Both the position numbers and the translations under genes were made by a program. The notes under the pieces were generated by a model that had not been told where the DNA came from, ran no database searches, and saw nothing but the letters and a program-made list of their open reading frames with translations. DNA of 63,889 nucleotides, the filler included, from Octopus bimaculoides (lineage: Eukaryota): assembly GCF_001194135.2 (NCBI RefSeq). It is 8 parts of 8 records of this genome, joined end to end, with 100 filler letters (N's around TTAATTAATTAA, not from the genome) between each part and the next. Parts side by side here need not be neighbours in the genome. Positions count along the whole stretch, not along the records: positions 3,742 to 15,447 come from NC_068986.1; positions 15,548 to 43,094 come from NC_068990.1; 6 more parts are not named here. One strand, written 5' to 3'. This document shows, piece by piece, positions 13,083-25,372 of the stretch (positions within the stretch are counted from its first letter, which is position 1; each line of letters begins with the position of its first letter).

Positions 13083-14332
13083 AATATAATTTCAGGGATG
13101 GTTGTGTTGTTAAGAAGCTCATTTTGCATCGATGCAGTTTGACGTTCAGTTCTACTACACGACACCTTAAGTATGTATCTTCTACTTGAGCCACAAGCGG
13201 ACTTACACCTTGTGAATGAAGTTGAGTTGGTTGAAGGAAACTGTATCGTAGCCTATCATGTGTGTGTGTAGTGTTGTGGTTATGTTTTGTCCTTCACTCT
13301 TTTTTGAGAAGCAACACACTATTCTTTTAAAACTGTAATCCATCGTCAGCGAAATACACATTTACACATTATCCAGATTTAATGATTCATCCATTCTTCA
13401 AAAATAAGGACTGTGAGCAATAGGGAACGCATAGGGTGGCCATCCGAATTGTAAATACATATAAAACATTGTCAATAGATATAAGAATTACCTGTAAACT
13501 TTCATTAGCCAGTACCAATAACTTTTTATGTAATGATAACATGACTAATGGATAAATAATAAATATCACAACCGGAAGTGGTTCAGTCTGGAGACCAATA
13601 GTTTACAGGTTTCAAAAATACGTTCCAGGATTTATTTACTGGAGTAATTCTCTTTGAGCTATTGTCCAACGTGGCAGCAGCCCAATGAGTCAATTATTTC
13701 ACTTTTGGTTTGAAACTGTTTCTAGCCACATTTATTATTTCATTATTTTATATGCATGTGTGTTTGCGCACGCGTGTGTGTGTGTGTGTGTTTGTGTGTA
13801 TCTTTTATCTTTTACTTGTTTCAGTTATAAGATTGCGGCCATGCTGCAGCCTCACCTTGCCTTTTTAATCAAATCAAATGACCCCTGTACTTCTTTTTCA
13901 TGCCTGGTACTTTTTGATCACTTTTACCGAACCGCTAGGTTGAGAGAACGTCACACCAAAACTTCAAACATATATTCAGAGTGAGGAAATCAANNNNNNN
14001 NNNNNNNNNNNNNNNNNNNNNNNNNNNNNNNNNNNNNNNNNNNNNNNNNNNNNNNNNNNNNNNNTATATATATTATTTATAATAAAGGGTAAAAAATCAT
14101 TTATGGATTTACCAGGGGAGCAGCGCGGAAATAAAATCTCGTAGGTAAATTTTACAAATATTTTAATAATTATATACATGCATATAATAAGGGACTGGCT
14201 ATAAGCCTCTCCACGCGGAGTTTTTGAGGTGGCAATAGTGTCTTTTGGCGTCTATTTTTCTAGCACATGGAGAGGCTTATAGCAAATCCCTTATTATAAA
14301 ATTATGTATATAATTATTAACATATATATATA

Positions 14333-14365
<33 letters not shown>

Positions 14366-14855
14366 ATAGATATGTAACAATGTATCTATATATGTGTGTG
14401 CTTGTGTGTGTGTATGTTTGCAGACTAAGGATAAACGAAATTCCAACAACTATTCTGCCTATCTATCTGTGCATACTTGTCAATGCTTTTGTATGCCATA
14501 CGTTCTGCAAATCTAATATTTTAAGATCCACAAAGATGAGAACTTGATTGCAACTCTTGGTGGTCCAAAGCAGATATGCAATTTCCATGGGTGTCTTTTT
14601 CAAAACATAGCGTGGTTTAAAAGGCCTCATTAGACGCCATGATAGATCTAAGGTGTAAGCACAAGAAGTGGTCTGTCTCAGCATAAGGAATAAACAACCA
14701 AAATTCATGTATGTATATTTTGACGAAATGTATTTTACGAGTAAATTTTTTGTTGCAGAATTCAAACCGATCACTAACAAAATGACAAGGCTTTTTTTTA
14801 TGTCAAGACAGCTCATGGAGTTTGTGGTTAGCTAAATTAGATGATGTATGTATAC

Positions 14856-14886
<31 letters not shown>

Positions 14887-15363
14887 TTATGCGTGTGTGT
14901 GGTATGTGTGTGTATGCGTGTTTCGTGCGCACTTGTGTGCGGGCGAATAAGCTTCAACCCATGAGTGCATCTGTCCCAATACCACAAAGGTGATTATGTG
15001 TTTATGTGTATACATGCACATGTATTCAAAATGTATGTGATTCTGTGTATATGTTAACCCAAGAAACTCATATGGCGAATCCCTGAAATGTTTTGCAAAT
15101 ATTTTACTGTTTATCAGATCGATTCTATCTGGAAAATGCTAATAAGTTTGCTCCTTTTTTCTTTCTGTTTTATTTTGGAGAACCTTAACTTCTGTACGGT
15201 TCTCTGCAAATTAGCTGCGAACATATGTAGGATTTTCGTTGGTCGCTGATGCGGCGAATTTTTTCTACCCCTCCGATGTTCATAGCGTAAAGCGTACGTC
15301 CGTAATAGATGTTACTTCTCGGCCAATACCGCAGCATCTGGTTGATCGAAGTGGTATATACGA

Positions 15364-15447
<84 letters not shown>

Positions 15448-15547
15448 NNNNNNNNNNNNNNNNNNNNNNNNNNNNNNNNNNNNNNNNNNNNTTAATTAAT
15501 TAANNNNNNNNNNNNNNNNNNNNNNNNNNNNNNNNNNNNNNNNNNNN

Positions 15548-16635
15548 ATGTGCAGAAAACAACTTCTGCCACATTCCAGGGAGAAAAACTAGAAGTGGTT
15601 GATAGCTTCCGCTATCTTGGTGACCAAATTAGTAGTGGGGGTGGGTGCGCTGAAAGCGTAGCTGCTAGAATAAGAATAGCCTGGGCAAAGTTCAGAGAGC
15701 TGTTACATCTGCTGGCGACAAAGGGACTCTCACTCAGAGTAAAAGGCAGACTGTATGACGCATGTGTACGAACAGCCATGCTTCATGGCAGTGAAACATG
15801 GGCCGTGACTGCTGAGGACATGCATAAGCTTGCAAGAAATGAAGCCAGTATGCTCCAATGGATGTGTAATGTAAGTGTGCATACTAGACAGAGTGTTAAT
15901 ACCTTGAGAGAAAAGTTGAACTTATGAAGCATGAGTTGTGGTGTGCAAGAAAGATGATTGTGCTGGTATGGTCATGTACTGAGAATGGATGAGGATAGCT
16001 GTGTGAAAAATTGCCACATCCTAGCGGTTGAGGGAACCTGTGGAAGAGGTAGGCCCAGGAAGACCTGGGATGAGGTGGTGAGGCATGACCTTCGAACATT
16101 GGGCCTCACCGAGGCGATGACTTCTGACCGAGACCTTTAGAAATATGCTGTGCATGAGAAGACCCGGCAAGCCAAGTGAGATCGAAATCAAAGGTCTCAG
16201 ACAGCCCACTTATACGGACATTCCTTCATTGGAAACGAAACTCGGCTTGCGAAGACTTATTGGGGCAAGCGAAAGTGAAACTGTCAATAGCACCTGTGCC
16301 CAGCATCGCCTTTCTGGGACTTGTAAAGACATTCGAGCGAGATCGTTGCCAGTGCTGCCGAACTGGCTCCTGTGCAGGTGGCATGTAAAATACACCATTT
16401 TGAGCGTGGCTGTTGCCAGTACCCCTTGACTGGCCTTCGTACTGGTGGCATGTAAAAGCACCCACTATACTCTCAAAGTGGTTGGCGTTAGGAAGGGCAT
16501 CCAGCTGTAGAAACTCTGCCAAATCAGATTGGAGCCTGGTGTAGCCATCTGGTTTCACCAGTCCTCAGTCAAATCGTCCAACCCATGCTAGCATGGAAAG
16601 CGGACGTTAAACGACGATGATGATGATGATGATGC
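15548..16635 (+). mobile_element. RTE-clade LINE 3' fragment with 3' UTR and (GAT)n tail
   Basis: EVVDSFRYLGDQISSGGGC..RIRIAWAKFREL..RVKGRLYDACVRTAMLHGSETW; WYGHVLRM..GRGRPRKTWDEVV; ends cggacgttaaacgacgatgatgatgat. Confidence 0.95.
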
Positions 16636-16659
16636 ATTAGCCCCTATGTATATATGTGT

Positions 16660-18490
16660 GTGTGTGTTTGTCACCCCACCTGCTGCTTGACAGCTGGTAT
16701 CTGTTTGTTTACATCCCCATAGCTGAGCAATTCATCAAAAGAGACTGTTACAATAAGTACCAGATATTAATAATCAGTACTGGGGGCAATTTCTTTGACT
16801 AAACCCTTCAAAGCAGTCCAATGACTGAAGCAAGTAAAATATATAGATACCTATATATTAAAGTCTGGTGCAACCCAGAGGCCCATTAGGTTGGAGCTCA
16901 TCACAGTTTCCATAGCATTTAAGCAACCAAGAATATAAGATTCCACCTGAATAGGACACGAGGTTCATCATGGGGTCAAGTTCCAGCTGTCACTGGTACT
17001 GGATTTTTTTGGTTGAGGACACTGATTCAGTGAGATATGAGTGCCTTGCTCAAGGACACAACTTGCTGCCCAGACTGAATCTACAACCAAAAAAATCATA
17101 AGCTCAACACCCAGACCAAACTCCATCTATATTAAATGACCAGCACTTCTTTATACAACTGCCATCCTCCAATGCATCTCATACCCATATTCGTGTGGTC
17201 TTCTATCTTACACATTACAGTTCAGTTCTCTCATACACACCTTTTCCTCTTGTCTTATTTCTATTCTGTTGTTCATACCCACTAATATTACAAGCCCCAA
17301 GCCAACTAAAGCCTTGTGAGTGGATTTGGTAGGCAAAAACTGAGAGAAGTCCATTGTATATATACATGTAGGAACAGATGTGACTGAGTGGTAAGAAGCT
17401 TGCTTTGCAACCACATGGTTCTGGGTTCAGTCCCACTTCATGGTACACTGGGTAAGTATCTTCTACTATAGCCTCAAGCCAACGAAAGCCTTGTGAGTAG
17501 ATTTGGTTGACAAAAACTGAAAGAAGTGCATTGTGTGTGTGTGTGCATGTGTGTGTCTATGTTTGTCTCCTACTACTGCTTGTCAACTGGTGGGACATAA
17601 ACACACCAACACTTGTTGTCAAGCCTTACAACCAAGCTTTAAAAGTTAAGTCCTGGAGTTGATTTATTCAACTAAAAATTCTTCAAGGTAGTGCTCAGCA
17701 TGGCTGCAGTCTAATGATTGAAACAAGTAAAAGACGTACATGTATACGTGTTGCATATGTGTTGTGTGTACGTGTTTTGTGTGTGTGTGTGTGTTTTTTT
17801 TGTGTGTGTGTGTGTGTGTGTGTTACTGTCTCCTTACTTTGACAGTGTGTGATAGTTGTAAATGTGTATCACCATCATGTAAACGGTGTCGTTCATTTCC
17901 AATCTTCCATGGAGACATGTTTGGTCATGGGAAAACTAACCTTACTTGGAAAGAGGTGAGAGTTGGTGACAGGAAGGGCATCTAACCATAGAATATCTGA
18001 CTCAACAAATTCTGTCTTACTCATGCAAGAATGGAGAAGTGGATGTTAAAATGATGATATACACTTGCACACACACACACACATACATGATGGGCTTCCA
18101 CATAGTTTCCAGTAGACCAAATTCACTCATAAGGTATTGGTTGGCCTGGATCTATAGGAGAAGGGACACTTGCAAGGTGCTGTGCAATGGGATTGAACAA
18201 CAGACCCATGTGGTTGCAAAGTGAGATTCTTAACTACAAAGGCATGTGTGTGTGTATGTGCATGCGCACATGTGTGCAAGCATGTGTGTAAGTGTTTGAC
18301 TTTTTCATTACTTGACAATCAGTGTTAGTTTGTTTACATCATCATAACTTAGTGGTTGGGCAAAAGCGACTGATTGAATAAGTACCAAACTTTAAAAATA
18401 TTACAAAGGTTAACTCATTTGACTGAAACCTTTGAAGGTGGCGCCCCAGCATGGTCATGATCCAATGATTGAAAAAAGTAAAACATAAAA
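16660..18490. mobile_element. Cluster of fragmented CORE-like/composite SINEs and RTE-tailed short repeats
   Basis: Recurring gggttcagtcccact..gggtaagtatcttctactatagcctc..gccttgtgagtagatttgg and gtgctcagcatggctgcagtctaatgattgaaacaagtaaaag blocks. Confidence 0.7.
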
Positions 18491-19019
18491 GAAACACATA
18501 TGCACACATCTTTGAAAAAAATTTATGTATCTGTTAAAATATTTACTCTATGGGAAAGTATTTCATTAATATAAATTTGTAGTGATATCCAACTGTAAAA
18601 ACCCAGCTACCAGACCACAAACTATCTTTGATCCACCTCACTGTAGATCTTCTCTTGATTTCTGCTCTTTCTTGTTGTTTTTTTTCATTTCTTCTTTCTT
18701 TATTTCCTTTTCCCTCTAAATACTTCCCTTATTCTTTCTAATGTCTTATTTTCTTCCTGTCTTCTCTCTCTCCACTTTCCTTTTATCATCCTGCTATGAC
18801 CTTGAGCTTATATTCACCCACACTGTACATTGTAGGTAGTCCAAATTCATCGCCAACACCATCTCTCTCTCTTTCTTTCTTTCTAATTCTATCCTTCCTT
18901 CCCCTCCTTTATTTTCCTACTTTGGTAGCTGTGTATCTTCACTATAGTAAGACACCTGTCTCTATCCCTTTATTGTACTTTAAACTCTGAACTAGCACAA
19001 AGCCACCTCCCTCACTACC

Positions 19020-19260
19020 ACTCTGTCTCAGCTGAGAAGTCTTTGTCTTGCCAGTAATTTTGTGATCCTGCTGATGCTGGTGCCGTATAAAAAAAAGCAT
19101 TCAGTACACTCTGTAAAATGGTTGGCGTTGGAAAGGGTATCCAGCCGTAAAAACCATGCCAAGCAGGCAACAAAGTCTAGTGCAGTTCCCTAGTTTGCCA
19201 GCTCCTGTCAAATCATCCAACCCATTCCAGTGTGGAAGACGGACGTTAAATGAGTATGAT
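19020..19260 (+). mobile_element. RTE LINE 3' UTR fragment
   Basis: gtggttggcgttggaaagggtatccagccgtaaaaaccatgcc...ggaagacggacgttaaatga matches 16480-16615. Confidence 0.8.
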
Positions 19261-19425
19261 GAGCTAGGATACTACCATCATTCAAACACTGTCACTACCA
19301 TCATTCAAACACTGTCACTGCTTCCACACTGACTATGAGTTTATGTGCACTGTCTGAATATTTTAAGGTCATTATATTTTGAAACCATTTTGATTAAAAA
19401 AAAAAAAAAAAAGAAAGAAAAAAAA

Positions 19426-19645
19426 TGCGGCGAGCTGGCAGAAACGTTAGCACGCCAGGTTAAATGCTTAGCGCTATTTCGTCTGCCATTACGTTCTGAG
19501 TTCAAATTCCGCCGAGGTCGACTTTGCCTTTTATCCTTTCGGGGTCGATTAAATAAGTACCAGTTACGCACTGGGGTCGATGTAATCGACTTAATCCCTT
19601 GTGTGTCCCCTCTATGTTTAGCCCCTTGTGGGCAATAAAGAAATA
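19426..19645 (+). mobile_element. Well-preserved tRNA-derived SINE (central domain resembles the MetaSINE domain)
   Basis: gcggcgagctggcagaaacgttagc...gttctgagttcaaattccgccgaggtcgactttgccttttatcctttcggggtcgattaaataagtaccag; inserted in an A-rich tract. Confidence 0.9.
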
Positions 19646-20244
19646 TATATTTGGAAACCATTTTTTGAAAAATAATCAACTTGTAACTACGGTTTCTTAT
19701 ATCAAGGGAAGTAATTGTGGCTGAGTAACTTAGAGAGTTATGGTTCATGCCCCACTCGGTTTCGTGGAGTGAAATGAGCTTTCTCTTTTTTCTCAAACTT
19801 TCTCATTTCACACGAGACTTCATAGAAAGTCATATTGGTTAGTGATTCGTAATTATTTAGACACGCCGAATGATTGTAATATCGTTTTCCTCCGACTCAC
19901 ATAAGGGTCTTTTTTTGGTAATTTTGCCACGTGCGTAACTTTCTATGCCAGTCTGACCATTTTTATTTATTAGCATTCATTTTAGAATGAGGTAGCTGGT
20001 TTCGAACATGTTTGCATAAGTCAAAGTTTATTGAGGCAGATGCTCTCTCTGTCGCCAACCCATAAATGTTTCCAAATAAGGTATGTATTCCTCCATCGGC
20101 AGATCTACTCTCAAAGAACATTGAAAATGAATGACAGCTTGTATGACAGTGAAACACGTTAATAAAAATCATGCTATATCAAAACCTGGAGACACAAACA
20201 TACATATACTCAAAACATATTTACATGTACATATATGTATACAC

Positions 20245-20547
20245 GTGGTTAGGGCAGCGGACTCGCGGTTTCAATTCCCAGACCGGGCGTTGTGAGTGTT
20301 TATTGAGCGAAAACACCTAAAGCTCCACGAAGCTCCGACAGGGAGTGGTGGTGAACCTTGGTGTACTCTTCCACCACAACTTTCTCTCACTCTTTCTTCC
20401 TGTTTCTGTTGTACCTGTATTTCAAAAGGGCCAGTCTTGTCACACGCTGAATCTCTCCGAGAACTACGATAGGGGTACACGTGTCTGTGGAGTGCTGATC
20501 AACTGGAACACTCGTCGTCGTAACCGACGGAGTGCCAACAAACAAAA
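20245..20547 (+). mobile_element. tRNA-Arg-like-headed SINE with internal deletions
   Basis: gtggttagggcagcggactcgcggtttcaattcccagaccgggcg matches the 35075 and 53233 copies; the head is deleted between TCGCGGT direct repeats. Confidence 0.85.
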
Positions 20548-20939
20548 TGTATACATATATTCTGAGCTTCTTTCAGTTTCCACCAACCAAGTCATTTCAC
20601 AAGGCTATAGTAAAAGACATTTGTCTAAGGTACCATATAGTCTGTTTGAACCAGTAAAACAAATGTGTGTGAACGTCTGTGTGTTTATCCATGTCTTGAC
20701 ATCACGTTATGGTTATAAATGAGCATTATCATCATGCAAGCAAAGTTTTTCATTTCCTGTTTTGAAACAGGTGAGGGTTGGTAACAGGAAAAGCACCTGA
20801 CTGTAGAAAACTTTGCTTCATTAAATTCCATCTAACCCATGCGAGTGGGCATTAAATGATGATGATATATACATTGTATATGTATAGGTGGTTTGAGGTC
20901 AATTTAATAGTTTGTATAAAAGGTAATGAAAACATCTTA

Positions 20940-21420
20940 TCATTTTAAAACTAAAAATGTCAACTAGATTATGGCTGGGAGATAGCTGTTTACTCAAAGT
21001 AGCCACCCTCAGCTTCCACCACAACCTCAAGAAAGCTCCAGCTTGACACATGTGTTTCTCACTGTGTCCCTGGAAAGATTTTCAAACACCTTGATCATGG
21101 CCACCAGCTGAGGCTTGGTGTTGCAGGCAGAGTAGTTGGAATCTTTCTCAACCACACCCCACACATAGTAATCCATGGGATTACAATCAGGGTAATTAGG
21201 AGACCAGAAATTTGGACTGGTAGAGTTGTAGAAATTCTCTGACAACTTCTTCTGACTCTTTCCAGGAGTATGTCAAGGAGCTGAATTTTGCTTCCACACT
21301 TACAGCTTTCTCAGAGCAACTGTCTCCAGCCATGGTTTGGCCACAGTCTCCAGCAACCTCACATAACTGTCTCAATTGAGTCTAGCCCTGCTCAAAGATG
21401 ACAGATGGCAAACACTGATA
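20940..21420 (-). mobile_element. Tc1/IS630-like transposase C-terminal remnant
   Basis: FWSPNYPDCNPMDYYVWGVVEKDSNYSACNTKPQLVAMIKVFENLSRDTVRNTC matches the WPPxSPDLNPxDYxxWG motif. Confidence 0.7.
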
Positions 21421-21924
21421 ATTATTTTCCACTTTAATAATTACATGTTTACAAATTGTTTTGTGACTGTTTTTCTTCCAGTGATCAATTTTTTTCAGGT
21501 TTTGTTTTGGGGGTTTGGTCCTGCCACTATTTGTCTGGTTTTAAGATAAGCTGGTTTCATTATTTCTATCTAATGATTATTTTTGTTCATCTTTTGCTAT
21601 GTGTATTTATAAAGCTTTTATGAATTTTTGTTTATATATGTATAGTTTTCTTGTATAAAATTATATATATATATAATTATTTGTCTTATAATTATATAAG
21701 TAATCAATTTCTTTATTAATGAAACATCCCAAGTTTTGATTGATTAGTGATTTAATTCTGTTTATAATTATTCTGTTTAGGTTTATTGATTCTTCCTTGT
21801 AGTAATTTCCATTAGCTACATGTCTTTGTAGTGGAAGTCATTATCCATAATAACAATCCCACCTATCATTCCTTATCAGTTTCTTTCAAAATAACTGAAT
21901 TGTCATTTTTTGACATCTACACAG

Positions 21925-21942
21925 TTAGGGTTAGGGTTAGGG
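21925..21942 (+). repeat. (TTAGGG)3 interstitial telomere-like repeat
   Basis: acag ttagggttagggttaggg ttaa. Confidence 0.9.
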
Positions 21943-23573
21943 TTAATTGTTTCAGAATTGTTTGTTTATGTAGTCGGCACTTAATGTATATCGGCTGAAT
22001 GGACGTCAGTGATTGGTTGAAATTACAGAAATACGACAACTTTAACATGGAATAACTTATGGATTTCTTTTTTTTTAAAGACTAAGAGAAAAAGATGTTT
22101 TATATGACACATTCTACCAGTGTTCCAAATTTCAAAGTGTTTCGTTAATGAAAAATGTGGCCCCCGTTTTAAAAAAGATCCCCACCTTGAATGGTTTTTA
22201 GTCCAGCAAATTGATCCTACTATTTATTTTTTTAAGTCTGGTTCTTATTCTATCAGTCTATTTTGCCAGATTGCCAAATTACATGAATGTAAACAAACTA
22301 GCACCAGTTGTTAAGCAGAGTTGGAGACAAACACAGACACATCTGTGTATTTATATACTATGGGCTTCCATATAGTTTTCGTCTACCAAATACACTCACA
22401 AAGCATTGGCTAGCCCTTATTATTTTAGAAGACATGTACCCTAGGTGCCATGCAGTGGGACTAAACCTGAAACCACATGGTTGCAAAGCTAGCTTTTTAA
22501 CCATAAAGCCATTCCTGTGTTTATACATAGCCAAATATAATGTTCATCCTTTCCTCTTTGTGGGATGAAGTTGGATTTATTCCTGACAACAGAATCATTA
22601 TTTGCACTTGTCACATGACTTTCATGTATGTTTATAACCTTGTCTTCTTTTTTCATTTTTTTTTTTTACCATTCTTTTATTAATACTGTACATGAGCAAA
22701 AACATTTTGTCCCTATGTTTACACATTTGTATGTCTCCTCCTTGTGTGTGTGTGTGTGTGTGTATTTATGCATTATTGGCCAGTGTTAATGTATATAGTC
22801 ATTCACACACAGATGCATACGTATGGATACATGCAGTCATGCATGGAAATATTTCACTGGATCTAAAAATCTGTTAACCATCTTGTTCCCATGTTTCTAT
22901 TGAAGCATACAGCCTATGTTTCAGTTTTGAAAATAACGAAAAAAATCTAATGAAATAACTTTGTCCTTATTAAGCTAGTGTTTGGAATATAAATTAATAT
23001 GGAATTTTAATGGAAGGTTTTAATTTAGTTCACTTTAAATCAGAAAGTTTGTATCAAAGAAGTGGTTTCAGGCAGGTTCAGGGTGGACCTGAGAGTCACA
23101 TGCCTCCACTCAAGAAAAGAAGTGCATGCACCCTTCTAAATAACGTTATTTTTTGGTGCCATTGGCACAAGTGAGGTTGCCAAGTAGCTTGCAAGGCAAC
23201 GAAAGGGAAGGACAGGAAGAAGGAAAAAGTGGAGGAAAGAAAAAGAAAAAAACCTCCTTGACTAAATGGTGGGGTGTGCGTTAGTATTTGAGAAGGGGAA
23301 GAGTAGTGATGGTTTTATGCCATGTGTTGGGAAGCTAGAGTGTGATGGAATAATAAGCACAGGTGTCTTGCAATTGAGATACAAGGCTTGCCTGTGTTAT
23401 ATAAGGGTGGGTGGAAATAACTTGAAAGAAGAAGTGGTGGTGGGATGCTAGAGAGTCTCAAAATACAAGATGGGTGTAGGAGAAGATACAAACAGTGGAT
23501 TGTGTGTGAAGGGGAAGGGATAGAGTGAGAAGCTTTATAGCAATGAGAAGAGAGATGATTGTATATAGATATC

Positions 23574-23729
23574 AAGGGCGGACCGAGGGTGGGGGGCAGC
23601 TGAGGTGCATGTGCTCTCCTCAAGAAAAGAAGTGTGCCCATCTAAATAATGTTATTACTCCCTTTTCTCCTGGAATTGTATTCTCTTCTGACCTTGTGCC
23701 CTCCTTTCAAAAAATTCCTGGGACCGTGC

Positions 23730-23733
<4 letters not shown>
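23574..23733 (+). mobile_element. Possible short MITE; a related partial copy lies at ~23085-23150
   Basis: caagggcggaccgaggg ... aattcctgggaccgtgcctg termini are imperfect inverted repeats; the ctcaagaaaagaagtg..ctaaataa(c/t)gttatt block occurs twice. Confidence 0.4.
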
Positions 23734-23760
<27 letters not shown>

Positions 23761-24112
23761 CTCACACACACATGTATATATATGTGAGTGTGTATTTCTG
23801 ATAAACAAAATTCTCTCGAAAGTTTCCATAAAAATGTATTCTTAAAATATATTTCTGTAGAAAGTTTAGATGACTGTACAATCTGATTGTTCTCAAGCAA
23901 CTAATTTACATGGGTTATTGGTAAAATGTAATGTTCTCAAGCAACTAATTTAAATAGATTATTGGTAAAATGCAATATACTATGATAATAAAAATAACAA
24001 AATATCTTCCAGACAATTCTATAAAAACTACACTTTTTTTTTGCTATATTATATCACCAAATTGTCACATAAAACTTGCTTATTTCTGTTTTCTTCTTTT
24101 AATTATTTTTAG

Positions 24113-25237
24113 ATGCCAGACTTCCGTGTCATTGCTGTGGTCAGCTTCCTCTTTCTACTGTGTACATGGCACCAATTCATTGTTGATAAGCAATGTACAG
24201 TGACAACGTCAAATCAGCTCAAACAAAGTTCCATGGACCATTTTGAGGAACTTCCCACTGATGAAGTTAATGAAAATTTAAGCATGAATAAACAGGAATT
24301 GGTACATCTAAATAATTACCGAACAAAATACATTATTTATTATTGTGTTGGCGAGAAAACCTGTGGGGGATGGGGAGATCGGCAGCTAGGCATAGTGTCT
24401 GTATATTTAATGGCGCTTGCCATGGGTCGTCGTTTTGGCATCATGATTTCAAAACCTTGTGAGATTTCTGCCTTTCTTCGACCAAACAAAGTGAACTGGG
24501 AGGTGGATGCAAATGAGCTGCATAGCTTAGAAAGTCGTTACCTCTATTTGATTGGCAACAAAGAATACATTCCCCTTCTACAATGGGCAGACTTAGAAAC
24601 ACTTTACCCTGAAGATGTCCTCTATGTGACGACAAACTATGACTATTCTACTGCCTTGAAAATGAATGTTCGTTACAAAGAACAGCTACTTTGGACATTG
24701 CAAATGTCGAGTGAAAGTGTTTTTGCTAAAGTGATGAATTTATTGTTTCGCTTCAACAATGTCCTTCAAATGCATCTACAAAAATTCTTTACAGTTAACA
24801 TCCCCAGACCATATATACAGCTAGTGTGTGCTCAGATTCGAATTGGACGTAACCCTAGCATGCCAGGTGATGAGCCAAGGAATACAATGTCAGACTTACA
24901 GATTGTCTGGAACTTCTTGAGTAGATACAACAACACCAGCAAGTACAAAATATTTGTGACAACAGACTCAGAGGAGGTGCGGGCAATAGCTTCAGAAAAA
25001 TTTGTTTCCCAATTTGTGTACAATTCTGGTGAAATAATCCATGTGGATAAGCCATATTATGGGAAGAAAAATGTGTGTGATAATGTAATGAAGGTCATTA
25101 TGGACCAATATATTCTAACTAAATGTGATACGTTGTTAGTAAGCCGAAGTTATTTTGGCGAAAATGCTGCAATTATGAGAAAAAATAAAAAAAACACATT
25201 CATTTTCAAAACTGGAGAGATATTTGCATGGCACTAA
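24113..25237 (+). CDS. Type II membrane fucosyltransferase-like glycosyltransferase (alpha1,2/alpha1,6/O-FucT GT-B superfamily; GT23/GT37/NodZ-like), 374 aa
   Basis: Intact ORF; N-terminal signal anchor (VIAVVSFLFLLCTW); CGGWGDRQLGIVSVYLMALAMGRRF; motif I QIRIG; motif II IFVTTDSEEV; motif III DQYILTKCDTLLVSRSYFG; polypyrimidine tract plus AG at 24111-24112 directly before the ATG. Confidence 0.85.
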   Translation: MPDFRVIAVVSFLFLLCTWHQFIVDKQCTVTTSNQLKQSSMDHFEELPTDEVNENLSMNKQELVHLNNYRTKYIIYYCVGEKTCGGWGDRQLGIVSVYLMALAMGRRFGIMISKPCEISAFLRPNKVNWEVDANELHSLESRYLYLIGNKEYIPLLQWADLETLYPEDVLYVTTNYDYSTALKMNVRYKEQLLWTLQMSSESVFAKVMNLLFRFNNVLQMHLQKFFTVNIPRPYIQLVCAQIRIGRNPSMPGDEPRNTMSDLQIVWNFLSRYNNTSKYKIFVTTDSEEVRAIASEKFVSQFVYNSGEIIHVDKPYYGKKNVCDNVMKVIMDQYILTKCDTLLVSRSYFGENAAIMRKNKKNTFIFKTGEIFAWH

Positions 25238-25372
25238 ACTGTTATTTAAATTACGCACACACACACACACATTTATGTTTTGTTGATTGAGATTATGATT
25301 TCATTCTAATTAGATGTTTCACATTTGAAATGTGTTGTACACAGAAATCTAACACAGAGTAANNNNNNNNNN

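Noticed and set aside
14463-14816. 117-aa minus-strand ORF; also the 89-aa ORF at 47127-47396
   Set aside because: No recognisable domain; length is compatible with chance
19270-19320. Short tandem duplications (23 bp here; ~45 bp at 23888-23975; microsatellite blocks at 28800-28935; 15 bp at 40793-40832)
   Set aside because: Ordinary slippage duplications with no spacer structure; not CRISPR-like
24256-24275. CUGAUGA..GAAA inside the fucosyltransferase CDS
   Set aside because: No stem II or stem I pairing; chance match in coding sequence
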